From a virus, in the IMG/VR virus record IMGVR_UViG_3300044844_000506, positions 1-64,000 of that record: a stretch of DNA of 64,000 nucleotides; one strand, written 5' to 3'. Each line of letters starts with the position of its first letter. Positions within the stretch are counted from its first letter, which is position 1. Under the pieces are notes generated by a model that saw only the letters and a list, made by a program, of their open reading frames with translations, was not told the DNA's origin and did no database searches. Positions 1 through 9,142 of this stretch are shown piece after piece. The position numbers were made by a program, and so were the translations under genes.

Positions 1-127
1 ACTAATAATCGAACTAATAATCGAACTAATAATCGAACTAATAATCGAACTAATAATCGAACTAATAATCGAACTAATAATCGAACTAATAATCGAACTA
101 ATAATCGAACTAATAATCGAACTAATA
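1..127. repeat. Tandem array of the 12-bp unit ACTAATAATCGA (10 full copies plus a partial; may continue beyond the window)
   Basis: Exact 12-nt periodicity over 1-120. Two degenerate inverted copies (TTGATTATTAGT/G) follow at 143-166. Confidence 0.97.
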
Positions 128-338
128 GTTGGCAAATAATAGTTGATTATTAGTTTGATTATTAGGGGAAATAGTTAGTCGATTGTGTGGGACTGATTAT
201 CTTATAGGGAATAAATTGTGAAAACCCCAGATTTAGCCCCCCCTATCAAAAATGAGATTAGAGTATTGGGTAATAAATTATAAAATCCCATTTTTATGCC
301 CCCCTATCAAAAAATAGAATAGTGGTAATAAATACAAA

Positions 339-428
339 CCACAACATATTGTGGTATGAGTAATAAAAAAAGTATTGATGCAGGGGTTTTTTGGCAATAC
401 TTTAGATTTGTACCACAATAGGTTGTGG
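339..428. promoter_or_regulatory. Two NrdR-box-like palindromes (339-354 and 413-428)
   Basis: CCACAACATATTGTGG and CCACAATAGGTTGTGG resemble the NrdR consensus acaCwAtATaTwGtgt. They are 74 bp apart. Confidence 0.45.
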
Positions 429-671
429 TATGGTTATTACGAATTGATTGTTTTTAATTAAAAATTAGGTAATTTTAATTAAACAATAAAGTTAGAGCCA
501 TAAAAATGGGTAAAAAAAATCCCCATGTATTGAGCCATAAATAATAGCCCAATACACGGGGATGATTGATAACTATTCGTATTTAGTTTAGAGCATCATT
601 TTGAGATCTAAACTTACATGAATTAGATGAATTATTGTTTTTAGTTAAATTTATGTGCAGCAAAAAGCTGT

Positions 672-706
672 TATGAACAAGTAAAAACTAGTATGAACAA
701 GTAAAA
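672..706. repeat. Direct repeat TATGAACAAGTAAAA x2, 20-bp period
   Basis: Seen at 672-686 and 692-706. Confidence 0.85.
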
Positions 707-935
707 GCTAAGAGGAAATACGACGAACAAGGTCCACCCATAGAATAACTAGTAATGTAATACTAGCTATCATTAGGATACTCATTCTTTCCTCTTATAG
801 GAGTATCCTTGGAAACTGATTGCCCAGCTAAAAGAATAGCCATGTTTATTATGGATGTATCTCATCATCTCAAACTCTGTACCCTCCATAATAAATTTAT
901 TATCGTGGTACAAGATAAAGATAGGCATTTTATTC

Positions 936-1130
936 TTACCCATTCTTGATAGGGTCTTTATCGGGGGGAAGATCAAGCCATAAGCGAAACTCATCAATTT
1001 TCGATTGGATTTTCATCCTATCCTTATCTAAGTCTACGCTTACTTCGTACATTAGAGAAAGTTTAGTATTTTTGAACTCGGCTAGTAGTTCCTCTAGAAC
1101 ATAAAGATCAACCTCGACATACTTACTCAT
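936..1130 (-). CDS. Hypothetical protein
   Basis: 64-aa ORF in a tightly packed, overlapping minus-strand run. Confidence 0.6.
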   Translation of the reverse strand: MSKYVEVDLYVLEELLAEFKNTKLSLMYEVSVDLDKDRMKIQSKIDEFRLWLDLPPDKDPIKNG

Positions 1131-1385
1131 TAGAAAAAGTCTCCTTTAGATTACCCTGAAACTTATCTTCTTCCCACTTACAATCTACTTCTACAAGTAC
1201 GACGTTTTGGTTTTGGAGTAGCTTTTCACTTACTCTGGTAGAAATACCACATTGAAGAATCTGAGATAAAGCGTTTGCCACAGATTCTGCCACTAAAACA
1301 GAATCTCCACGATAAACCCTCTCCAGTCTTTCTTGGTGGATTGTCTTGGCAAAAACACTATAGTTAATTTTAATGTTCATGGTTA

Positions 1386-1610
1386 TTAGTCCTTGTACTT
1401 TCTCTTGTATTCTGTCCAAAGGCTTTCCCAGCCATTATCTTTTGCAGTATAATACAAACGCTGATCATTATAACTACCAGAACAATAAACACTATGATCG
1501 TCGCTGTAGTTATAATACCAATCGTGAGTCTTTAGCTCTTTTTCGTATTCCTCAATAGTCATACAGCCCTTGTAATCTTTTTGAAAGTTAGGTCCACGGT
1601 TTTCGCTCAT
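1386..1610 (-). CDS. Conserved small phage protein (HDWYYxYSDD motif)
   Basis: GAAGGAG RBS upstream; the motif is recurrent in phage early genes. Confidence 0.7.
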   Translation of the reverse strand: MSENRGPNFQKDYKGCMTIEEYEKELKTHDWYYNYSDDHSVYCSGSYNDQRLYYTAKDNGWESLWTEYKRKYKD

Positions 1611-1759
1611 TTTACTTTTGCTCCTTCAACATTTGGTAAATTTGTAAAGCAACCTTATAGTTATAAGCTGTGGCTTGAACCGTCCAACTCTCAAACGGGT
1701 CTAGAGTTTCAATAAACCATTCGAACGGTTCGATTTTCCTGATTCTTACTTTCATATTC

Positions 1760-2191
1760 CTAGGCACAATAAACAGAACTGATTCCAAACTCGCTAGAAC
1801 AGTCTAGCAAAACATACTTTGCTTTGGTCAGATTTTCTCCTGTTCTCCTATCTTGGAAATGATTAGAGTTGTAGGGATTGTAAGTAAAGCTCTTGAAACC
1901 CCTTTCGTAATCGTATTCATTCAAATAAATGGGGCAGTAATAAAACTGCTGCCCAAAATAATTTTTGGTTTCCGAAAGAGTGATGTCCCCCACAACGAAG
2001 GCGTGGACATTCTTTTTCTTCTCTTTCAAAACTCGGCTTCTTCCCGCCTCGTAGATTTTAAACTCTACGTTGGACAGAATCAATTCATCCAGATGACAAA
2101 ACACCCGCCAGCCTTTGTTGGTTTTCTTTTGGATTGAAAAGGTATTTTTGCGCAGATTACGATAAACGCGAGCTTTGAAAGTAATGAACAT
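1760..2191 (-). CDS. Conserved phage hypothetical protein
   Basis: VYRNL...GRxRVLxEKxKNVHAFVxG motif; AAGGAG RBS. Confidence 0.75.
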   Translation of the reverse strand: MFITFKARVYRNLRKNTFSIQKKTNKGWRVFCHLDELILSNVEFKIYEAGRSRVLKEKKKNVHAFVVGDITLSETKNYFGQQFYYCPIYLNEYDYERGFKSFTYNPYNSNHFQDRRTGENLTKAKYVLLDCSSEFGISSVYCA

Positions 2192-2256
2192 TTTATCTCC
2201 TTATTGCTCTGTGAGAATGGTAATAATAATTAGCACAAAAATCAAAATGACTCTCA

Positions 2257-2970
2257 TCAGTGAGAAAGGAACTTTATTGCTTTGGTGAAATTACGATTGA
2301 AGCAAAGTCCGCAAGTTAGACATGATTCTGTTTGTCCTTTTTGCTCTGGACAAACGACGAAATCTGCGTCTGTAACATTTTCGTCAAGTGCCAAAACATC
2401 ATTAGGGAATAAGTTACGATCCAAAGTGCTAAGAACATTACGATCAACACTAAACCTAAGAACAACCTTCTCATGGTAGAGAAGTTTTGCTCTAAGAAAA
2501 TCATGTATTGGTCCGCTAATCCTCGCTGTATAACCATAGATGTATAGCGGATACTTCTCAAGTGCTTTCTCCCAAAAACAAACGTATTGCGGCGAATAAA
2601 AATCTCCCAAAATGTGTAGACGGACAACAAATCCGCCAGGATGTTTCACTGCCAAAACATTTAGTTCTGCTTCCAGACGAGGAATAAGAAACTCGTCATT
2701 CTGGAATCTTTGGGCACGAAAACTATTATTGCCATAACAATCTGCCCAATGATGGCAGGTAGAAGGGCAAGTTGCCCTCTCTTCTAGCGTTAAAGAGTAC
2801 ATTGAAAAATCTTTCCATGCACCCTTTTGGATGGTTTGTTTTCCCTTGCCAACTTTGCTATTAGAGGAAATAGGCTTGAGAAGATTACCAGAATAATCCC
2901 CAGGAGAGATTACCTTGGTGGAGAAAATTGTGCGATTTTCTGCAATCGCAAGTTCTGTTTTAGTTGCCAT
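2257..2970 (-). CDS. GP88-like Cys-rich (radical-SAM-like) protein
   Basis: TCPxxCxxxxxCY, RLHxxGDF, YGYT and a C-terminal CPxQ...CxxCGLC. Confidence 0.7.
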   Translation of the reverse strand: MATKTELAIAENRTIFSTKVISPGDYSGNLLKPISSNSKVGKGKQTIQKGAWKDFSMYSLTLEERATCPSTCHHWADCYGNNSFRAQRFQNDEFLIPRLEAELNVLAVKHPGGFVVRLHILGDFYSPQYVCFWEKALEKYPLYIYGYTARISGPIHDFLRAKLLYHEKVVLRFSVDRNVLSTLDRNLFPNDVLALDENVTDADFVVCPEQKGQTESCLTCGLCFNRNFTKAIKFLSH

Positions 2971-2972
2971 GT

Positions 2973-3248
2973 TTAGATTTCAAACTTATGATCTGTGGGT
3001 CCGTACTTATGTACGAATCCGAAAAAGGATGATTTTGTATTCTCTGTGGTAGATTCTCCACAGATCTTGCAAACAACTTTATCCTTGCGAACTAGTTCGC
3101 AATAGATAATCCAACAAGAATCACATAAAACCGCACTTTCTCCTTTATTTGCGGAATGAACATCATGATCGAGACAGGAAATAGGATTTCTATTTTCGCG
3201 GGGAAGATCATCCCCGCAATGATCACAGAAAACTTCATTCAATCCCAT
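2973..3248 (-). CDS. Zn-finger hypothetical protein
   Basis: Three CxxC pairs. Confidence 0.6.
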   Translation of the reverse strand: MGLNEVFCDHCGDDLPRENRNPISCLDHDVHSANKGESAVLCDSCWIIYCELVRKDKVVCKICGESTTENTKSSFFGFVHKYGPTDHKFEI

Positions 3249-3830
3249 ACAATCATCTCCAATTTGTAGTTTTGTTCTTCGATCAAAAAGAACTGTCCAG
3301 CCTTATCGGCTAAACAGTCTGCACAAAGTTCCGAATCTTTCAAGGCATCCTTGAAACATTCTTCACAAAGATGAACATCTAAATCCATTCGATCCCCAAA
3401 CTCTGGAGAACACAGGAAGCAAGATTTAGATCTTCTTCCTTATCAGAAGAAGAAAGTTTTTCAACCAAGGAATACAATTCCTTGGAAGAATAATTCCCAT
3501 CTAAGTCAGACCTACAATTCCTGATTTCGTAAGCCTTCCATCCCACTTCCTTTTCGAAAGCAGAATCAAAGATTTGAAAAGAAGGAATTGTCCCGTAACT
3601 ATACTTGATCATACGAAGAAAGTAATGCCAAAGAGGAAGAGGAAGAAGAAGAAAGTACCGCGATCCTTGAACTGCTTCATAGTAGAATGATGAACCAGAT
3701 AATAATGAAGCACAGAGAAACAATCCCAACAATGAACTTGAAGCCTTCGTCTTTTGTCATTTTTAAGACTCCAGAAAAGAGGAGACAAATCAGACCGGAA
3801 ATGAACAAAAACAACAGAAAGTTATCCATT

Positions 3831-4052
3831 TCAGTTTCCCTTGGTGTTTTCTTCTGGAAGATCCAAATAATACATGACTTCGGAATTAATGATTTCCATT
3901 TTGATTGCTCCGCATTCAATCATTCCGTGGAGCAAATACTTTGCACATTCACCGAGTTCAAAATCATTCATGGGGAGAAAATCTCCCCTAGACTCTGCCA
4001 TCTTGGCAAAAATCTTCATGGAATGAATCGCCTGATCGTAGTTCTTGTACAT
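3831..4052 (-). CDS. Hypothetical protein
   Basis: 73-aa ORF abutting the upstream ORF. Confidence 0.55.
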   Translation of the reverse strand: MYKNYDQAIHSMKIFAKMAESRGDFLPMNDFELGECAKYLLHGMIECGAIKMEIINSEVMYYLDLPEENTKGN

Positions 4053-4235
4053 TTAGTTTCCCATTTCAATTGTGTGAACAATGTAACGACGAGAATCATG
4101 TACCAAATCACGAATCTCCAAATCTCCGTTTTCGAGAAATTGGAATGCTTCCTTATTCAAAATCAAAATCTTGCATCCTTCAACTCCAGAATAAGTGCTG
4201 CCGTCATTGAGTACCATAATCGCAAAGGTTTCCAT
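4053..4235 (-). CDS. Hypothetical cassette protein
   Basis: GGAG RBS is supplied by repeat copy 1. Confidence 0.65.
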   Translation of the reverse strand: METFAIMVLNDGSTYSGVEGCKILILNKEAFQFLENGDLEIRDLVHDSRRYIVHTIEMGN

Positions 4236-4360
4236 TTCAATCTCCCAAAAGAGGTAAACAAGTCTCTATCCAATAAAAAAAGCCACGCGGATTTTATCCG
4301 CATGGCTTTATTACGATTTTCAAATGGCGTGCCGAGGCCGATAAATAATGATGTTTTACA
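4236..4360 (-). repeat. Intergenic repeat copy 1 (promoter-like motif + hairpin/U-tract + RBS)
   Basis: About 110-bp element nearly identical to 4616-4737 and 5103-5222. Confidence 0.92.
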
Positions 4361-4615
4361 TCACATGGTCATTTCCTTGAACTCTTCTTCATTGATGATT
4401 TCACAAGAAATGGCTTTTGCGTTATCGAACTTTGTGACCTTGATAAAATCGTTCACATGATCAAAGATCCAGAATCTTCCGTCTAGAAAATCCATACTCT
4501 TCAACTTGTTCGAAGAAAGATTGTAAGTCCAAACTTGCAGCAGTTGATTATTTTCGTGAACATAAACTTCGAACTCGTTACGTTCTTCCAGAAAAATAAT
4601 GTCGTGCTTGATCAT
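4361..4615 (-). CDS. Hypothetical cassette protein
   Basis: Fills the space between repeat copies 1 and 2; AGGAG RBS. Confidence 0.7.
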   Translation of the reverse strand: MIKHDIIFLEERNEFEVYVHENNQLLQVWTYNLSSNKLKSMDFLDGRFWIFDHVNDFIKVTKFDNAKAISCEIINEEEFKEMTM

Positions 4616-4737
4616 TTCAATCTCCTAAAATGGTTTGGCAAGTCTCTATCCAATAAAAAAAGCCACACGGATAAAATCCGCATGGCTTTATTACGATTTT
4701 CAAATGGCGTGCCGAGGCCGATAAAGGATGTTTTACA
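4616..4737 (-). repeat. Intergenic repeat copy 2 (hairpin centre inverted)
   Basis: Same element, with GGATAAAATCC in place of GGATTTTATCC. Confidence 0.92.
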
Positions 4738-5094
4738 TCACATCTTGTTATCCTCGTAATAATAAGTTCGGTTGTTCTTGTAGACGATTTTCAACTTCCC
4801 ACAGGAAATGTGGGAAATGAACACTTCTGCATCCTTTTCTGCGTTCCCTGAAGGAAACTTATCTTCAATGTTTTTCAAAACTTGGAGAATGTCCAAGAGA
4901 GAAACATTGGCAGGAATAAAGGTTGTGGAGGGGATCTTTTGGAGATTGATTTTGAACTGAGGCTTTCCATTATTATAGAAAGCACGAACCTTGCCATGCT
5001 GAAGCATGGAAATAAAAATGCTGGCGGAAAGAATGGGATCAGGATTTATGTCGGTTTTGATAAAATCGACAAGTTCTTCCGTTGAAAAGTTCAT
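4738..5094 (-). CDS. Hypothetical cassette protein with internal duplication
   Basis: IFISMLQHGKVRAFYNNGK versus VFISHISCGKLKIVYKNNR. Confidence 0.65.
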   Translation of the reverse strand: MNFSTEELVDFIKTDINPDPILSASIFISMLQHGKVRAFYNNGKPQFKINLQKIPSTTFIPANVSLLDILQVLKNIEDKFPSGNAEKDAEVFISHISCGKLKIVYKNNRTYYYEDNKM

Positions 5095-5102
5095 TGTTAG
5101 TG

Positions 5103-5222
5103 CAATCTCCTAAAATGGTTTGGCAAGTCTCTATCCAATAAAAAAAGCCACGCGGATTTTATCCGCATGGCTTTTGTTACGATTTTTTAAATGGCGTGCC
5201 GAGGCCGATAAAGTGTTTTAGT
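5103..5222 (-). repeat. Intergenic repeat copy 3
   Basis: Same element as copies 1 and 2. Confidence 0.92.
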
Positions 5223-5462
5223 TTACATTTGCACCCTCATTTCAGGGTAAATGATTACAGCCAAAACATCATCGAGATACTCCGTCTTTCGGACGGAAAT
5301 CTGAAGAAAAGGTCCGCAGAAGTCTTGAGGAAGAACTTGTCGAGCTTGGAAATACTCGACAGTACCTTTCCAAACATTCTTTCTGTTAGCAACCTTCCCA
5401 GTAATGATCCATTCGAAACCATCAATGGGAACAACTTCTTCGACAATGTTAGGTGCCATCAT
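5223..5462 (-). CDS. Hypothetical protein, first gene after GC-rich element A
   Basis: AGGA RBS; ends at repeat copy 3. Confidence 0.6.
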   Translation of the reverse strand: MMAPNIVEEVVPIDGFEWIITGKVANRKNVWKGTVEYFQARQVLPQDFCGPFLQISVRKTEYLDDVLAVIIYPEMRVQM

Positions 5463-5515
5463 GTTGTCCTGTAAAAAAAAGGGAAATACTTTGGGAGTCT
5501 ACGCTCCCGCGTGGG

Positions 5516-5636
5516 GGGTCGTATTCCGCGCTCCAACGTGACAGGAAAGCGTGGAAAGTGCGTAAGTACTTGCGTCGCAAGTACTTACGCACGCGCGCGG
5601 CGCGCGCGCCTAACATCGGCCTAACGGGTGCGAAAA
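5516..5636 (-). promoter_or_regulatory. GC-rich element A: putative ECF-type promoter (TGTCAC-N16-CGAC) + 35-bp palindrome + CG run
   Basis: 5516-5552 is 36/37 identical to 12683-12719. Perfect inverted repeat at 5558-5592. Confidence 0.65.
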
Positions 5637-5637
5637 C

Positions 5638-6141
5638 TTAGAAAATTTTTTGCGAAATAAAGTATGCGTTTTCGTATTCAGACAAAGTGCTCATCTTGTA
5701 ATTTACTGCTCTCTGTGCCTTCGGTATACAAAGTCTGGTTTGAAAATCTTTTAGTTTTGGAATGGAGTCGAAGTATTGGATATTTTTATATAGATTTAAA
5801 TCCGGTAGATGAGCATCCACCCAAATTTTATTATTATTCAATAAGGGATCAAGGTAGGAAATGTTTATGTATAAATCTTCGCATTTATTTAATACATGAA
5901 AATTACCCCCCCTGTCAAAATTTGAGGCAAACAATAAAAATGAATTGTGATTGTAAGTATTTAAAAATTTATGTAAAATGCAAGCAGACTGAGAACTAAA
6001 TCCTTCCAATGTATTTGGATTTATATTGTTCTTTTCTGCTAACTTTTCAGCAGTGAAATGAGCGAGTGCCAATACACTTGTCAAATCCATAATGCTATTG
6101 TAGACCCCCCCTACAAAATTTTTGATCGGGGTTACGTTCAC
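5638..6141 (-). CDS. Hypothetical protein
   Basis: 167-aa ORF; start uncertain. Confidence 0.55.
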   Translation of the reverse strand: MNVTPIKNFVGGVYNSIMDLTSVLALAHFTAEKLAEKNNINPNTLEGFSSQSACILHKFLNTYNHNSFLLFASNFDRGGNFHVLNKCEDLYINISYLDPLLNNNKIWVDAHLPDLNLYKNIQYFDSIPKLKDFQTRLCIPKAQRAVNYKMSTLSEYENAYFISQKIF

Positions 6142-6544
6142 GGACTACAAACTTATCGTCCTCGAAAAACAGGTCATGGGTTGAGTTATACTTATATCTT
6201 AACTCAGCATTAGCCTTAGCCTGATTATAACTATCAGTAAATTCCTGTCTTGTGTACAGTTTATTTTTATCTAATGATGCTGCCCACATCCAATACAAAG
6301 AAGCATCAAAGTGCATAATGCCAAGCGAATCTGTTACATGAAAATCTCCTTCGCATTGGGTCAAATTGTAAGGTAAATCTTTGGATGTATTGATTACTTT
6401 ATGTAGCAAATCTTCATATGGTGTACTAAAAAGAGGATCATCTAGGTATAAATCATCATCATTCTCCTCTGAAGGTTCATAATCTATGTACGAATTAGGG
6501 TCGTGAGTTTGAAATAAGTTCGGTACTGTTAACTTTAGAGTCAT
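6095..6544 (-). CDS. Hypothetical acidic protein
   Basis: 149-aa ORF. Confidence 0.6.
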   Translation of the reverse strand: MTLKLTVPNLFQTHDPNSYIDYEPSEENDDDLYLDDPLFSTPYEDLLHKVINTSKDLPYNLTQCEGDFHVTDSLGIMHFDASLYWMWAASLDKNKLYTRQEFTDSYNQAKANAELRYKYNSTHDLFFEDDKFVVRERNPDQKFCRGGLQ

Positions 6545-6630
6545 AGTTTGATATTTGACTAGTGGTTGAAAATGCCCTGAAATTTATTAAGAATATTTTA
6601 TATTTGCCCCAAAATTGGGCATAAAGTACA

Positions 6631-6667
6631 TCACCTCGATTTAGTTTTTGAGACTAAATCGAGGTGA
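6631..6667. terminator. Intergenic hairpin / probable terminator
   Basis: 15-bp arms TCACCTCGATTTAGT / ACTAAATCGAGGTGA, just after the stop of 6679..6876. Confidence 0.65.
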
Positions 6668-6678
6668 AATTATGAATT

Positions 6679-6876
6679 CTAATCCTTCTTCACTTTGAAG
6701 GATTCGAGGCTTGGATTGGTAATATTTCTTAAACAGAAGAACATATTAACTGGATCGTACATGATCTGTTTACTGATGTCTTCGTTTACTTTTTCCCAAT
6801 GTAACTTAGTCTCATCCCATTGATTACTATCGAATTCCCATGAGTATGAGATGGTTACTTTTACTTTATCTTTCAT
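6679..6876 (-). CDS. Hypothetical protein
   Basis: 65-aa ORF. Confidence 0.6.
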   Translation of the reverse strand: MKDKVKVTISYSWEFDSNQWDETKLHWEKVNEDISKQIMYDPVNMFFCLRNITNPSLESFKVKKD

Positions 6877-6976
6877 TTAGGGAGTCGTTTACCTAACACA
6901 CAACAGTTAAAGAATAGTAATAAGCCACAAGCCAGCATTTGAAAGAATCCAGGCTCGTAATCCTTTGGTGGTAAGA

Positions 6977-7423
6977 TCATACTTTGATGAGTTGATCCTC
7001 AATGTTCTTGTAGGATTCAGAGTTGAAAACAGTTAACAAATTATGATCCATCAGATATACAATTTCAGCGTGCGGTTTATCAAAGCTAGAAGTCCTAGCT
7101 TGAATACCAACTACCATACCTTTACCACCATTTGTATAGGTCACATAATTAACTACAGAGTTATTCGAGATTAAGTCCCAAGCCAATCTCTGGATACAGT
7201 AAACGATACCTGTGCGCTTACAGAACTGATCTTCTGGCATACAGATTGCGTTATAAATTCTCGGCATTGGGGATTTATCAGATACTGCCGAAATGACAGT
7301 AATTCCTCCCCCCGTCGAAAATTTAGAACTGTTGCGGATATGCTTTACTTGAATAATGTAATTATAGACCTTAACTTTCCGCTCATCGGTAAGGTCATAA
7401 TGGTAATTAATTGTTAGGTTCAT
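6977..7423 (-). CDS. Hypothetical protein (AxCxxxDxFxKxxG motif)
   Basis: Start trimmed to MNLTINY so that it only slightly overlaps the upstream gene. Confidence 0.6.
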   Translation of the reverse strand: MNLTINYHYDLTDERKVKVYNYIIQVKHIRNSSKFSTGGGITVISAVSDKSPMPRIYNAICMPEDQFCKRTGIVYCIQRLAWDLISNNSVVNYVTYTNGGKGMVVGIQARTSSFDKPHAEIVYLMDHNLLTVFNSESYKNIEDQLIKV

Positions 7424-7973
7424 AGTCGATATAGGTGTGAATGGAGGACTGAAGCTCCAATAAAATCTTACGCAACTTTGGGACTGAAATCTTAGTTCTA
7501 CGCTGTAGAGCAAGTAAATTTAACCTGCCCCCATCTGTGAACACATCATCATAAGTTAAAATAGCCTTGGCAACGATTCCTAAGTCTGTATTTGGAAATC
7601 TATCAACCAAGGATACAAACTCTAGGTTCTCTAAATCTGAGTAGCTATTATCTGGGACATCAAAGTCCCGATCCTCACTATCATTCAGAGAGCTAACTTG
7701 ATTAAGTCTTTTGGAATTGATGTTGGCTCCAGCCATGTTCTTATAAGTAAAGATCCACTGCTTGACCCAACCATCATACTTAGAAATAAACTCCTTGACT
7801 GTGGGAACATTCTCTTGAGTCATATACTTCGGAAGGAAATGAAGTACATAAGCCCAAATTGAATTGACATAATCTTCTGGGGACTGCGACTTGTCCCCAG
7901 AGATTCGCAACGCAGTATAGTAAACTAAATTACCATACTTATCTTGCAGGAGTTTAAAATCCTCTTCGGTCAT
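7407..7973 (-). CDS. Divergent sigma-70-family sigma factor-like protein (candidate middle sigma)
   Basis: Region-2-like FKLLQDKYGNLVYYTALRISG...EDYVNSIW...LPKY, a SLND linker and a C-terminal HTH-like segment. TAATG-coupled to the DUF932 gene. Confidence 0.55.
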   Translation of the reverse strand: MTEEDFKLLQDKYGNLVYYTALRISGDKSQSPEDYVNSIWAYVLHFLPKYMTQENVPTVKEFISKYDGWVKQWIFTYKNMAGANINSKRLNQVSSLNDSEDRDFDVPDNSYSDLENLEFVSLVDRFPNTDLGIVAKAILTYDDVFTDGGRLNLLALQRRTKISVPKLRKILLELQSSIHTYIDYEPNN

Positions 7974-8761
7974 TAAACCTCTAGCATTTGTTCTGCGGCT
8001 TCCCAAACATAATCGTTAACCTTATTCGAAACATTCATGTTGGAAAGACTGCGGACGCGACGATTAGAACGATTCAGGACACCACCACGAATAAGGTTTT
8101 CCTGAATAACATTCATGTAAGTCCACACGGTATTACCAAGATCATCCTCACGACGATGCATAATCAGTTCGTTAGGATTAATCTTCTCGGTGGGATTATC
8201 ACCGAAACGAGCCTTGGCAACAAAAGAAGCCATATCAATAGCCTGTTGAGTGGAGATCTGCTTTTGTGAAAACAGATTAACACGCTCAACACCATAGTTC
8301 ACGAATTGTTGGAATCGACCCAACATCTCATTCAAGTTATCGAAATTGATGTTGACATGGGACTGGTAAAGAGAACCAAGATTATGACTCTTGATAGTCA
8401 AGCCATTGGAACAAACCAGAGTGAAAATACCCGCATCAAACTTAAGTGCAGAGCGACCATCGCTAGAATTAGTTGCAATGATCTCAAAGAACATAGGCTT
8501 GTTAGTATTCCGAGGATCAGGAACAGATACCCCAGTCTTATCACGGAAAATCATCATGTGCTTTCCGTGCTTCATGGAAGTTTCAGTACGCGACTTGGAA
8601 GTCTTAATACGATTAAGATCCCAACCCATAACACTCATCTTTTGAATGAGATCTTCGCTACTCACGAAAGAATAGCGATTGGAAAGTCCCTGCTTAGGAG
8701 CAGTAGCAAAAACAGCAGGGTACTTGTGACGGGTATCATCGTTGATAATAAGAGTGGTCAT
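7973..8761 (-). CDS. DUF932-family protein
   Basis: SxRYxFVxS, HxKHMxxFR, NSSDG...FxLVCSNGL, RRxxDxxxxxWxxxNVIQENLIRGG. Confidence 0.9.
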   Translation of the reverse strand: MTTLIINDDTRHKYPAVFATAPKQGLSNRYSFVSSEDLIQKMSVMGWDLNRIKTSKSRTETSMKHGKHMMIFRDKTGVSVPDPRNTNKPMFFEIIATNSSDGRSALKFDAGIFTLVCSNGLTIKSHNLGSLYQSHVNINFDNLNEMLGRFQQFVNYGVERVNLFSQKQISTQQAIDMASFVAKARFGDNPTEKINPNELIMHRREDDLGNTVWTYMNVIQENLIRGGVLNRSNRRVRSLSNMNVSNKVNDYVWEAAEQMLEV

Positions 8762-8785
8762 TGTGTATGTTTCCTAGTTTAGAAG

Positions 8786-9142
8786 TTAGTTAAAGTTAGC
8801 GCAGTCGAAAGTAAGTTTGTGATCTTGAACGGTTCCACGGTAAATGAAGAATGCAATCTTATCGTAGTTATAACGTCGGATTGCGTCCTTGGTCAAATGA
8901 ACAATTTGTTCACCTGCAAGTTCTTTGTCTTCATACATATAGTATGTTTCAAGAACTTTCTTCCTGACATCAGGATAAACATAGGAGAGATTGATACCCA
9001 TAAACCCTGCGTTCTTTTCTTCATGAAGAAGTTTAAGAACTAGGACCACGGGAGTGCTGTCTGTCGAACTATTATATGAAAATACGACAGGATTAGTTGG
9101 AATCTTGCGAAGGTATTGTGATTTTTCTAGTTTGTTCGTCAT
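8786..9142 (-). CDS. Possible gp2-like DNA end protector (short)
   Basis: FSY...DxxPxV...GFMGINLSY...R...AIRRY resembles T4 gp2 motifs. Confidence 0.45.
   Translation of the reverse strand: MTNKLEKSQYLRKIPTNPVVFSYNSSTDSTPVVLVLKLLHEEKNAGFMGINLSYVYPDVRKKVLETYYMYEDKELAGEQIVHLTKDAIRRYNYDKIAFFIYRGTVQDHKLTFDCANFN

Noticed and set aside
1-127. CRISPR array
   Set aside because: The 12-bp units are contiguous, with no spacers.
3687-4460. 257-aa plus-strand ORF, and most other plus-strand ORFs in the track
   Set aside because: These are antisense shadows of minus-strand genes that have RBSs; this one also runs through a non-coding repeat. Only 39174..39527 and 40290..40814 have recognisable motifs.
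4236-5222. CRISPR array or integron attC cassettes
   Set aside because: The repeats are about 110 bp and separated by whole genes. There is no RYYYAAC/GTTRRRY pairing around the hairpin and no integrase or cas gene in the window.
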